A stretch of 64,000 bases of DNA. It comes from Octopus vulgaris (Eukaryota). A program made the translations under genes and the position numbers. The notes below the pieces were generated by a model. It ran no database searches, was not told the DNA's origin, and was given only the letters and a program-made list of their open reading frames with translations. Where the stretch lies: NCBI GenBank assembly GCA_951406725.2, contig OX597821.1, forward strand, positions 103,106,001 through 103,170,000. Direction: 5' to 3'. Positions 1-12,164 of the stretch are shown here, in pieces (the first letter of the stretch is position 1; the number at the start of each line of letters is the position of its first letter).

Positions 1-16
1 CAGACAGTTAGGTGAA

Positions 17-336
17 ACAAAAAAGGAAACCAAAATATCCAGACAGACGATACAAGGAAAACAAGGACGGATAATTCAGAGTTTTCTATCTTCAGTCGAA
101 TTCAGATTATCTTTGCAATTTCGGCTGGTTATACTCGAGATTGCTCCAATCTGGCCAGCCCCAAGGAAAAATAAGCTAAGAGCATTACATTCCTTAGACA
201 AAAAAGGAAACCAAAATATCCAGACAGACGATACAAGGAAAACAAGGACGGATAATTCAGAGTTTTCTATCTTCAGTCGAATTCCAGATTATCTTTGCAA
301 TTTCGGCTGGTTATACTCGAGATTGCTCCAATCTGG
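17..336. repeat. Partial direct tandem duplication (~138 bp, period 181) of an interspersed repeat
   Basis: 17-154 is repeated almost exactly at 198-336. Motifs (gatacaagg, aagctaagagcatta) recur at ~45600-45770. Confidence 0.8.
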
Positions 337-790
337 TAAGGTATTGCATGGAAAACTAACGTCAGAATTAAGTTTCTTAGGGTAACATTAAGCTTCACCA
401 TGAGTTTGGTGAAAATCGATTGCAAGTTGCAAAAACTACAACAGAAAATGTGTTGCATATAAAAAGATTAGATTCTCGACCACATGTGCCTCTATTTTCA
501 GTATGGTACTTAATAAATTGGTCTCTTGATTATTTTACTCGTAGTATTCAATTTTCGTGTCGAATTCCTATCTCTCTAATCGCTTCATTATATTACACAT
601 ACAAACACCGCTCCCCACTCACATATACACAAAGGACCGTAGGCAAACGTAACCATGTCTACATATATGTACATATTAAGAACTACACTGCTCATTGTGA
701 TCCTCCTTTTCTAAAGCCGATTAAGTATGATTCGCCGGAGATATGCCTGTTATTTCTAGCTCGAACGCTCTACTACGAAAACTCCTCTTT

Positions 791-920
791 TACGATGGGT
801 GTATGAAAAGTTCTGATCCTTCAAAGCCTTTGAGCCTTAAAATCTGGTACTTCATCAGAAGTCTTGCACCATATTTTATTTTTTTTTTTGAGACTCAAGA
901 CTTTTCATACACCCCGTGTA
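791..920. mobile_element. Mariner-type MITE, copy 1
   Basis: TA-CGATGGGTGTATGAAAAG ... CTTTTCATACACCCCGTG-TA terminal inverted repeats. Homologous copy at 16041-16159. Confidence 0.7.
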
Positions 921-1762
921 TTCACTCGTAGCTAGTTTAGCCGTCAAAGAAACAAGCGCCATTTTTTTCTCTCCGCCACTTTAACACCATTATCACACTT
1001 GTATTTCCCTTTATTTATTTATTTACTCAGCTATTTACTCACTTACTTTATCATTTACTTATTTATCCATTTATCTATTCCGACTATAAAGACAATAGTC
1101 TGTAACTTAAACTTGAATAGGCCTCATTCTCTTTATTTTGCCTCTTATTTGAAACAATTACGCTAGTTAAATGTCAAATACAATTATCCTCATTCACTCT
1201 CATCTTGTACACTGTGCATAGTTTCATACGTATCTTAACATACTGGAATACAATATAGCATTTCTGCTAAGTTACTTTTCACTAGTTTTTGTTTTCGTTT
1301 TATCTTTACGTTTGTTTGTTTTTGAAAACCTTTTGTCAGCATTTCAACGTCAGATATAAAACATCAACTTTTACACGTATTATATCAAAACTCTATAACC
1401 AGTATTATAAAACCACATGTGCATACATGCATACATGCACACGTACGTACACGCACACATAAGAACACACACACACACATATATAGGGACTGGTAGATAG
1501 ATATATGCATATATAGTAATATATATGTATATATATATAAATATGTGTGTGTAAATAAATATAATATATATATATACATATACACACATATATATTTATA
1601 CATATATGTATATATATGTATGCAAGTATATATATGTATACACATATATATATGTATACATACATGCACATATATATGTATATATATATATATATATATA
1701 TAAATTTTCAGAATGATATAAAAATCCAAGGCCGTGAAAGATTTTAGAACATTTATAAATAA

Positions 1763-1814
1763 GTCTTACAGCTGTTTCCGAGATATTTTATATATATATC
1801 CCTTCATCAGAGAC
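1763..1814 (-). ncRNA. Minimal type I hammerhead ribozyme, canonical core
   Basis: Minus strand: GTCT-CTGATGA-a-GGGATAT...ATATCTC-g-GAAAC-AGCT-GTA-AGAC. Stem I GTCT/AGAC, palindromic stem III, GUA cleavage triplet. Confidence 0.7.
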
Positions 1815-1990
1815 GGTGTGAGAAGATGGTTAAGCAATAGTTATTCTAGATAAGAAATGAAATGCAAAGATATGCAAGGACCTACATATGCAATATCCCT
1901 GCATATCTCACGTCTATTTTCATTCCTCCGCTTCACTCTCTATTTCATATCCTATTTAACTTAACTATTGCTTAACTATTTTCTCACACC

Positions 1991-2038
1991 GTCTCCGATG
2001 AAGGGATACATCATATATTCCGGAAACAGCTGTAAGAC
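1991..2038 (+). ncRNA. Hammerhead ribozyme motif, C4 variant core
   Basis: GTCT-CCGATGA-agggata...tattccg-GAAAC-AGCT-GTA-AGAC; inverted partner of 1763-1814. Confidence 0.6.
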
Positions 2039-2089
2039 CTTCTATTTATAAATGTTCTAAAATCTTTCACAGCCTAAAATCTTTCACGC

Positions 2090-2505
2090 ATGAGTGGCTG
2101 TGTGGTAAGTAGCTTGTTTACCAACCACATGGTTTCGGGTTCAGTCCCACTGCGTGGCACCTTGGGCAAATGTCTTCTACTATAGCCTCGGGCCGACCAA
2201 AGCCTTGTGAGTGGATTTGGTAGACGGAAACTGAAAGAAGCCCGTCGTATATATGTATATATATATAAGTGTGTGTGTATATGTTTGTGTGTCTGTGTTT
2301 GTCCCCCTAGCATTGCTTGACAACTGATGCTGGTGTGTTTATGTCCCCGTCACTTAGCGGTTCGGCAAAAAGAGACCGATAGAATAAGTACTGGGCTTAC
2401 AAAGAATAAGTCCCGGGGTCGAGTAGCTCGATTAAAGGCGGTGCTCCAGCATGGCCTCAGTCAAATGACTGAAACAAGTAAAAGAGTAAAAGAGTAAAAA
2501 GAGAG
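2090..2505 (+). mobile_element. tRNA-derived SINE family A
   Basis: Head gagtggctgtgtggtaagtagc...gggttcagtccc (A/B-box like), internal TA/TG microsatellite, tail gactgaaacaag(taaaagag)n. Many homologous copies in the window. Confidence 0.85.
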
Positions 2506-2683
2506 AGCCTTGGATTTTTATCTCATTCTGTTAATTTTTGTATATACACACATGCTGATATATGACATATGTTGGACTCCATATTCACATAATCACCGAA
2601 CCTGGAGCTTAACTATAGTCTTCCCATACCACTTACTCAGCATTACCTGACACCTTTGGGTCTTATTGACACCATTATTTCTC

Positions 2684-2737
<54 letters not shown>

Positions 2738-2773
2738 AGCATACACACACACACACACACACATATGCATATA

Positions 2774-3060
2774 CGCCTGGTTTAGTGGTTAAGGTGTTGC
2801 ACTCACGATTGCGAGATCGTGGGTTCGATTACCAGACCGGGCGTTGCGTTGTGTTCTTGATCGAAGCCTTTCAATTCACGTTGCTCTACGATCATTTCGA
2901 CATCTGACATATGGCACCCGTTGCACCTGTACAGGAAATGTCGATGGAAGAAGTGAACTTATGTCTACACAAACATTTGATCACTATAAACAAATCATCT
3001 GTGTGGTTGTTCGGTAAGAAATTGTCGAAACGTCATACACTGTCTAACGACGGGAGAGTA
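2774..3060 (+). mobile_element. tRNA-derived SINE family C, diverged
   Basis: tggtttagtggttaaggtg...gggttcgatt head followed by gttgtgttcttga; ends acgacgggag like 42250-42571. Confidence 0.65.
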
Positions 3061-3161
3061 CATCATATAATAAAAAGCAAAGATTTGACAGACGTTTCAG
3101 AACTTCATTCTAAGTTTTACGCACACACATACACACACGTATATATACATATATATCTACA

Positions 3162-3198
3162 AATCAATCAATCGATCAATCAATCAATCAATCAATCA

Positions 3199-3263
<65 letters not shown>

Positions 3264-3412
3264 CCTACCTATCTACCTACCTACCTACCTACCTACCTAC
3301 CTACCTACCTACCTACCTACCTACCTACCTACCTACCTACCTACCTACCTACTTACCTACCTACCTACCTACCTATCTACCTACCTACCTATCTACCTAC
3401 ATAGCTACCTAC

Positions 3413-3450
<38 letters not shown>
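3162..3450. repeat. Compound microsatellite (ATCA)n(TCTA)n(CCTA)n(TA)n
   Basis: Directly visible. Confidence 0.95.
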
Positions 3451-3453
<3 letters not shown>

Positions 3454-3791
3454 GGGTGGAAAGGAACACACGAGTTGATATATATGAAAAAACAAGTCAA
3501 AAATAGAAAATGCTAAGATTATTTTGTAGTGAATCTTTCAGTACCGAAACGGTACTTTTGAGACCTTTTCAACTGTAACGATTAAATAATTAAATTTAGA
3601 AAAATTAGAAGAAAAGTTTTTTTAAAAGAATATTTCTGTAGTAGTGTTCAGATATAAGTAGCATTCTGCCTTTCTCTGACTCCCTTGTTTGCACTTAATC
3701 GTTACAGTTGAAAAGGTCTCAAAATGACCGAAACCGGTACTGAAAGATTCACTATAAAATGATCTTAGCATTTTCTATTTTTGACTTGTTT

Positions 3792-3797
<6 letters not shown>
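3454..3797 (-). mobile_element. 5'-truncated Penelope-like element with inverted pLTR, same family as 50796-52893
   Basis: 3486-3585 is inverted at 3695-3795. Nearly identical to 50796-51006. One-sided tail gggtggaaaggaacacacgagttga; (TA)n on both flanks. Confidence 0.85.
3705..3742 (+). ncRNA. Hammerhead motif, U3:A8 variant core
   Basis: CAG-TTGAAAA-GGTC-tcaaaat-GACC-GAAAC-CG-GTA-CTG. Confidence 0.6.
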
Positions 3798-3833
<36 letters not shown>

Positions 3834-4706
3834 TATATTATATACATACAGGCACACAAGCAAACACACAAACATAACATTTAGCTTGCTGGATGTAACC
3901 TTTTGTGAAACCTCTGCAACTGTTCAGAATCAGAAGAAAACATGAACATTCTTTTCTCCATGTCATTTCGGTCAAAATTCCGACGCAACGCGAAACTATT
4001 AAACATCTTTCAGTTGATTCCCTCCACTTTTCCTCCTCTAAGACTTTTGTCCAAAAGATTTGCTTGGTTGTAAAGATTTTCTATGGTAATCACTTATATT
4101 ACATTTTGACTAAAACATTAGCTAAAATTTATGCTTGTGGTAGCAGTGGTAAGCTATTTCTGTTTATGTTTATTGTATCGACACAAGCAAGAATCGAACG
4201 ATGAGCTATTAAAGTTTGAAAGTCATAAAGAGTCGTCTATGGGGGTCTTGTGTTAGTTATGATCGTTAACAACTTTATGAATAGATTAGTTTTACACATG
4301 CAAGAAAACTTGGGACTTTTAGAAACAAAGTATAAAGATATTGCGCTCTTCTATTTCTTAAGAGAGAGTTAACGACTCAACGAAACGAAATCAGGTCACG
4401 ACCTTAGTTTTTAATGCGTCAGCATATGACCTAGTTTCTGCTCGAAGATGCTGGCTATCTTTTCTTTGTAACTATATCAACGACATAAGTATAAATATGA
4501 AGCCAAGTCTAAGCTCAAAAGAAAGAATTCGTGCAATTATTATTTTCGTTGTACTGGACAGAGATGATAATAGGAAATTGTGAATTTTCATGTCTTTCTC
4601 AAAGACATTAACGGTGTTTAAGTGTAATAAAATAACTTCGACCAGAATTGAGTTAAGTGAGACATTATCACTTTCTTCAAAACATTCGACATTGTTTAAC
4701 ATTTTA

Positions 4707-5017
4707 TAGGCGTAGTTATGGCTGTTGCAGGTAAGAAATTCGCTTTACAATCACGCTGTTTCGGGGTCAGATCTACTGCGCGGTACCTTGGGCAAGTGTC
4801 TTTTACTGCAGCACCGAGCTGGCCGATGATTTGTGAGTGGATTTTGTAGAAGCCACAAGTATGTACATATATACGTTGGTACTCTGAGTTTCAAAGCATG
4901 ATGCTAATCTTCAACCATTGCAAATTTTTTCGTTTGTCTACTCACTCGCTTATACATACATACATACATACATACATACATACATACATACATACATACA
5001 TACATACATACATACAT

Positions 5018-5050
<33 letters not shown>

Positions 5051-5359
5051 TACATACATACATACATACATACATACATACATACATACATACATACATA
5101 CATACATACATACATACATACATACAAACATACATACATACACACACACACACATACATACATACATACATACATACATACATACATACATACATACATA
5201 CATACATACATACATACATACATACATACATACATACATACATGCATATATACATACATACATACATACATACACACACACACATACATACATACATACA
5301 TACATACACATATACACACATACATACACACACACACATACATACATACATACATACAT

Positions 5360-5392
<33 letters not shown>

Positions 5393-5395
5393 TAC

Positions 5396-5426
<31 letters not shown>

Positions 5427-6685
5427 TGTATGTATGTATGTATGTATGTATGTATGTATGTATGTATGTATGTATGTATGTATGTATGTATGTATGTATG
5501 TATGTATGTATGTATGTATGTATGTATGTATGTATGTATGTATGTATGTATGTATGTATGTATGTATGTATGTATGTATGTATGTATGTATGTATGTATG
5601 TATGTATGTATGTATGTATGTATGTATGTATGTATGTATGTATGTATGTATGTATGTATGTATGTATGTATGTATGTATGTATGTATGTATGTATGTATG
5701 TATGTATGTATGTATGTATGTATGTATGTATGTATGTATGTATGTATGTATGTATGTATGTATGTATGTATGTATGTATGTATGTATGTATGTATGTATG
5801 TATGTATGTATGTATGTATGTATGTATGTATGTATGTATGTATGTATGTATGTATATATCTCTCTCTCTGTCTCTGTCTGTCTGTCTGTCTCTCTGTATG
5901 TCTGTATGTATGTATGTATGTATGTATGTATGTATGTATGTATGTATGTATGTATGTATGTATGTATGTATGTATGTATGTATGTATGTATGTATGTATG
6001 TATGTATGTATGTATGTATGTATGTATGTATGTATGTATGTATGTATGTATGTATGTATGTATGTATGTATGTATGTATGTATGTATGTATGTATGTATG
6101 TATGTATGTATGTATGTATGTATGTATGTATGTATGTATGTATGTATGTATGTATGTATGTATGTATGTATGTATGTATGTATGTATGTATGTATGTATG
6201 TATGTATGTATGTATGTATGTATGTATGTATGTATGTATGTATGTATGTATGTATGTATGTATGTATGTATGTATGTATGTATGTATGTATGTATGTATG
6301 TATGTATGTATGTATGTATGTATGTATGTATGTATGTATGTATGTATGTATGTATGTATGTATGTATGTATGTATGTATGTATGTATGTATGTATGTATG
6401 TATGTATGTATGTATGTATGTATGTATGTATGTATGTATGTATGTATGTGTGTTTGTCTTTGTGTCGGTGTTTGTCCCGACACACCAGTTGACAATTGGT
6501 CTTGGTTTGTTTACATCTGCATAACTTAGCGATTCGGTAAAAGAGACCGAGGGGATCAGTGGCAAACTTGAAAAAAAAACACAAACTGGGGAAGGGGTCG
6601 ATCTGTTTAACTAAGACCCTTGAAGGTGGTGCTCCAGTATGATCGCAGTTTCATGAGTGAAACATGCAAAAGAAAATAAAAATAG
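4707..6685 (+). mobile_element. Old SINE family A copy with hugely expanded internal microsatellite
   Basis: Head at 4707-4870, 3' part at 6450-6685, separated by (CATA)n(TATG)n. Confidence 0.75.
4952..6447. repeat. Abutting (CATA)n and (TATG)n tetranucleotide arrays
   Basis: (CATA)n to ~5397, then (TATG)n to ~6447 with a short (TC)/(TCTG) interruption at ~5855-5905. Confidence 0.95.
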
Positions 6686-7073
6686 AATATTTGATGGCAG
6701 CCATAGTATACTAATATCGAAATGAATGATTTAGATCCATGGGTTATATCATTTAATGTCTAAATAGATTTTTATCAACTTTTTTTTATTAAGAAAATAA
6801 GACGAAAATTAAAAGAAAATTTCTATTCAAGAACAAATATTGTAATTATAAAGAATAATTAAAAAATTAACATTTCAGTGAACATTGATTAATCTGTTAA
6901 AATTGATTGCTTCATTACTAACTTTGAAATATCCTCTTTTTTCATTCATAATATCATCATCATCATCATCATCATTATTATTATTATTATTATTATTATC
7001 ATTATTTTTGTTCATCAAGTCTGGTGATCACACGTTTCACGCCACCATTTAAACTCCCACATATATATACATA

Positions 7074-7113
<40 letters not shown>

Positions 7114-7529
7114 TTGATAACTTTGATGGGTTTCAGCCAGTATAGGCTCAGGCCATGTCTAATTCAATAGCACCACACACACACTCACACACACTATCTA
7201 CTTTCGCTCTTCATTAGAGCGCGAAAACATTTTCTGTTGAATTAATTCTGAAAATACTGTTTGACAGTGAGTGGAACATGAGAGTCCTGACGCCATTATT
7301 TAGTAGCGGCAAACTGCAGCTAAGTTGCGTTGTCAGAAAGCAATACCATGCAGAGATGAAGAATGAAAGCTCTTCGCCAGAGACGGAGGATCACTCACCA
7401 ACGTGTGATCCTAACAAACTACTGATGAAGTTTGTAAAATTACCATATATAAAAAAAAATCAATACGAATAGAGAGAAATAAAAAAAGGATTTAAGTTTT
7501 CAAAACTCCGCAGTATTCTTACTAGTTTC

Positions 7530-7728
7530 AAATTTTGGTACAAGACCAGCAAGGATGGTAAATCGATAACATCGACCCCAGTGTTTAACTGGTACTTATT
7601 TCATCGTCTCCGAAAGGATGAGAAAGTAAAATCGTCTCGACGGTACTTGAACTCAGAACGTAAATACGGACGAAATATCGCGAAGCATTTTTCCCAGCGT
7701 GCTAACGAGTCTGCCAGCTGGTCGCCTT
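7530..7728 (-). mobile_element. tRNA-derived SINE family B
   Basis: Diverged reverse complement of the family motif aaggcggcgagctggcaga...ttctgagttcaaattccgccgaggtcgactttgcctttcatcctttcggggtcgataaattaagtaccag. Confidence 0.75.
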
Positions 7729-8105
7729 TGAACAATACTGTTAGTATATAAAAGTGAATGTATGCATGAGTTCAATATTTTTAATTATTTAAACTTTTTT
7801 AGTAAGGAAGGAATTGCTTTATATGCAGAATGCGTACTAAGATGGGATAGTTGCCTCCATAGTATAAATCTACATTATTGGATGTACCTCAGTTTAATTT
7901 CATCGGCCATACTCTTTCATGCTCGCTCAGAGCATATCGGAGGATGGTATTAATTTTGGGGTTTTCCTTCTTCTAGATCAGCGGTCACCAAACTACGGAC
8001 CGCGAGCCGGATCAGACCCACGAGGTCAGTTCATCCGGCCCGCTGCCGCACTGTGCATTTTGGGTAAGTATCTGCAATGAGAGTTCATTTGCCTTTGGTA
8101 TGGCA

Positions 8106-8237
8106 TCAGTGTTTGGAATCACTTATATCTGCGAGCGAACATTTTCATAAATGAAGTATGTGAAGTCAGCCCATCGAACGAGGTTGACTGAAGAACATTT
8201 GAAAGGAATTCTCTTGGTTGGATGCAGCAATTCCAAA
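8106..8237 (+). pseudogene. hAT transposase C-terminal dimerisation-domain remnant
   Basis: Translates SVFGITYICERTFS*MKYVKSAHRTRLTEEHLKGILLV, matching the FGSTYxCExxFS...RxRLTxxHL motif. Confidence 0.75.
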
Positions 8238-8244
8238 CCAATAC

Positions 8245-8459
8245 TTTTTCTATTCTAGGCATAAGGCCCGAAATTTTTGGGGCGGACGGCCAGTTGATTA
8301 CATCGACGTCAGTACGCAACTGGTACTAAATTTATCGACCCCGAAAGGATCAAAGGCAAAGTCGACCTCGGCGGAATTTGAACTCAGAACGTAAAGACAG
8401 ACGAAATACTGCTAAGCATTTTATCCAGCGTGCTAACGTTTCTGCCAGCTCGCTGCCTT
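8245..8459 (-). mobile_element. SINE family B
   Basis: Full-length copy; TSD aattccaaa at 8229-8237 and 8460-8468. Confidence 0.85.
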
Positions 8460-8492
8460 AATTCCAAAGTAATTACTGATGATATCTTTAAA

Positions 8493-8887
8493 AGTGGCTG
8501 TGTGGTAAGTAGCTTGCTTACCCACCACATGGTTCCAGGTTCAGTCCTACTGCGTGGCATCTTGGGCAAGTGTCTTCTACTGTAGCCCTGGGCCGACCAA
8601 GGTCTTGTGAGTGGATTTGGTAGACGGAAACTGAAAGAAGACCGTCGTATATATGTATATATATATACATGTGAGTGTATGTCTGTGTGTGTTTGCATGT
8701 CTGTGCTTGTCACCCCAATATCGCTTGACAACCGATGCTGGTGTGTTTAGCGGTTCGACAAAAGAGACCGATAGAATAAGTACTAGGCTTACAAAGAATA
8801 AGCCCTGGGATCGATTTGCACGACTAAAGGTTGTGCTCCAACATAGCCGCAGTCAAATGACTGAAACAAGTAAATGAATAAAAGAGT
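8493..8887 (+). mobile_element. SINE family A
   Basis: Near full-length homolog of 2090-2505. Confidence 0.85.
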
Positions 8888-9505
8888 AGAGTACCAGTTT
8901 CACAAATCTCACTAACCTTTTTTGCTGCTTAGTTTGTGAGACTTGGGTATGTGCGCACTGGGTGTTCTATAACTATCTTATTACTAACGTTGCCTTCTTT
9001 GATAACTTTTTGGTAAATAAATATGTTGGTTGTCTTTATTTTTTGTTTATTCACTGTATTGAGCAAAATGGTCATGCGGCCCGCGTCCGTCATTCTCTCA
9101 ATCATCTGTGCCACCGTGAAAAACATTTGATGACCCCTCTTCTAGATTGTTTGCATTTCACCACAGCTAAGGAACTCAATCTATCCTTACAAAAAATTAT
9201 TTAACCCGCAGATGAGATTCTGACGGGTACCATTTCGGCTCAGAACGGACCTGGGAGTAATAGCAATTAAGGGGTGAATCAAAGCCCCCACCCCAACTCC
9301 AGCACTACTCTACTGGTTGCGGTTCAATGTCATAACCATTATGTATGGTTTTCTTCTATTATTCTGTTTCTTGTTTCAACCCCTGGTCTGTATCCTGGCT
9401 GGTGTACCGAGTTAAAGTGTTCAATCTTACTAAGCTATATAGGCATATATACGTGCATACATAGACACGTACACTCGAAAGACAGTCAAAGAGAGAAATT
9501 AATTG

Positions 9506-9941
9506 GGATCTTTTCGGTTTGAACGGCAGTTTTTTCTAGCGGTGTCATATGAAATTGTCACCCATAATTATGACTCTAGTATCGATCTATTGCATTTCAA
9601 TCTGTTTTAGGGCTAGGGTTAGAGTTAGGGTTAGGTTAGGGATCGGGGAAGGGTATCTTTTTTTTCTTCACAAATGTAAATAAACCCAATCTGTTTGTTA
9701 AACGAGGGACATATTCATACGGCACAGAATGTTTGCACCTCAATAGACGTCATTGATTGGTTGAAATTGCAGAAATTGAAGGAAAAAACAACAACAAATA
9801 TCTTACAACCTATAGAATTTTCTCAATAAAGCCAAGAGAAAAAGATGTTTTATCAGCACATTCTACCAGTATACGAAGTTTAAAAGTGTTTAGTTACGGG
9901 GAAATTATTTTAAAAAACTGCCGGTCAAACCGAAAAGATCC
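9506..9941. mobile_element. MITE with 30-bp TIRs and internal TTAGGG-like repeats
   Basis: GGATCTTTTCGGTTTGAACGGCAGTTTTTT and AAAAAACTGCCGGTCAAACCGAAAAGATCC; ttagggctagggttagagttagggttaggttaggg at ~9607-9641. TSD unclear. Confidence 0.8.
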
Positions 9942-10173
9942 ATTACTTGTACTCTATCTACCTCTCTGTTCGGATAAATCGACTGATAGGCTTTGAAGAT
10001 AAGCATCGTAGTCAATATGTTCGACTCAAATCGTTCAAATCGAGTGCTCCATCATGGTCGCGGTCTAGGGACTCAAACAAGTAAAAGATATGAAATTATA
10101 CACGCTGTTTTTACGACATTAGTTTGAATATTTTATACTTACTCTCAGGGAGAGTACAGAATCGAAAATAAGA

Positions 10174-10218
<45 letters not shown>

Positions 10219-10650
10219 CGAAAGAGGAAGAAAGAAAGAGAGAGAGAGACAGAGAGAGAGAGGGGAATGTTGATGGGGGATGGTTTAGAGTGGAGTTCGG
10301 AGGATACTAGTAGCATCATTTTCCCATTGTAGCACATTTTTCTGAGTGCAACGAAAACAAAAACAAAAACAACAACGACAGCCGCCATTGATCGAGCTGC
10401 TTAGTAAGGGAAACCTAGTTTTTTCCAAAAACAACAACATCATCATCATCATCCTCAGCATCCTCATCATCGTCATCCTCATTATGTTTAAACAAGCTAT
10501 AAAACGTGATGGTTGGGGGGTGGGGGTCGGTGGGTGATAATTTCAACACAAGATTATGTGTCAAATCTACAACATTAACCTCCGTCAGACATCTTTTTTT
10601 TTTTTATTATATTCTTATTATTTATGTCTGTCTTCTTTTGTCATATGCAG

Positions 10651-10726
<76 letters not shown>

Positions 10727-10765
10727 TATATGTATATATATATATATATAAATATGTATGTATAA

Positions 10766-10833
<68 letters not shown>

Positions 10834-10857
10834 GAATAAATGTATTATGTGTATATG

Positions 10858-10910
<53 letters not shown>

Positions 10911-11072
10911 TAAAAGTATTTATGTATATGTATACATGTATAAGTATACACATATATGTATATATGTATATATATTTATATAGATTATTACGTATATACG
11001 TATGTATATATATGTATATATATGTATGTATATATATATACATATATACATGCATATATGTATATAGATGTT

Positions 11073-11110
<38 letters not shown>

Positions 11111-11111
11111 A

Positions 11112-11201
<90 letters not shown>

Positions 11202-11492
11202 GTTATTTTCATTTACAGATGTTTTTTTCTTGCATCAGTTTGTTGGGAGTGGAAGGGGGCAGATTGTGGAGGAGGGAGGTTCGTTCTATGAAAATTTTTT
11301 TCTTCCAATGGGAGAAATTTAAGTAGATATTCGGAAACATTATTTGATACCAAATGTCGTTATTGTTATTGTTATTGTTGTTTTTTGTCATTGGGGATGA
11401 GGTGGCGGTGTTGGCGACGGTGGCTTTGTGGTTTGCAACAATTTTTTTGCGGTTTAGCTTTCATATAGAACAGCTGAAAATAGGAGTAGGCT

Positions 11493-11540
<48 letters not shown>

Positions 11541-11741
11541 ATATTAAATATACACACACACACACACACACACATACATATAGGGTTAATTTATTCGTAA
11601 GAGTATTAATTGCCAAAAGATGAATAAACAATAAGTATTCTATAACATACATATGAATAAATTTAAACACAAACACACATCAATATATATTTGTATTTAT
11701 AAATCCTCATAAAAACATATTTATATATCCCCTTATATACG

Positions 11742-11902
11742 TAGGAGTGGCTGTGTGGTAAGTAGCTTGCTTACGAACCACATGGTTCCGGGTTCAGTCC
11801 CACTGCGTGGCACCTTGGGCAAGTGTCTTCTACTGTAGCCTCGGGCCAACTAAGGCCTTGTCAGTGGATTTCGTAGAGGGAGACTGAAAGAAGCCCGTCG
11901 TA

Positions 11903-11947
<45 letters not shown>

Positions 11948-12164
11948 ATATGTTTGTGTGTCTGTGTTTTTCCCCCCAACTTTGCTTGACAACCGATGCT
12001 GGTGTGTTTACATCTCCATAACTTAGCGGTTCTGCAAAAGAGACCGATAGAATAAGTACTAGGCTTACAAAGAATAAGTCCTGGGGTCGATCTGCTCGAC
12101 TAAAGGCGGTGCTCCAGCATGGCCGCAGTCAAATGAGTGAAACAAATAAAAGAATAAAAGAAAA
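11742..12164 (+). mobile_element. SINE family A
   Basis: Full-length homolog of 2090-2505. Confidence 0.85.

Larger units (their letters stand above)
1701..2545. mobile_element. Penelope-like fold-back (inverted pLTR) remnant, right arm interrupted by a SINE
   Basis: 1701-1843 is the reverse complement of ~1961-2074 plus 2507-2540. Each arm has a hammerhead motif; left flank is (TA)n. Confidence 0.7.
7979..9139 (+). mobile_element. Non-autonomous hAT (Charlie/Buster-like) element with two nested SINEs
   Basis: Termini CAGCGGTCACCAAA / TTTGATGACCCCTC, subterminal GGCCCGC motifs, 8-bp TSD TTCTAGAT at 7971-7978 and 9140-9147. Confidence 0.8.

Noticed and set aside
63-100. Hammerhead-like CTGAAGA...GAAT...GTC on minus (similar at 45648-45685)
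   Set aside because: GAAT instead of GAAA and no convincing stem I or III.
2090-2170. SINE heads as tRNA genes
   Set aside because: A/B boxes continue into multi-copy SINE bodies and no full cloverleaf forms.
4898-6584. 500+ aa ORFs in all six frames (also 22271-23344)
   Set aside because: Stop-free translation of (CATA)n/(TATG)n; no coding signal.
7278-7472. 64-aa ORF in unique sequence
   Set aside because: No recognisable motif or convincing splice context.
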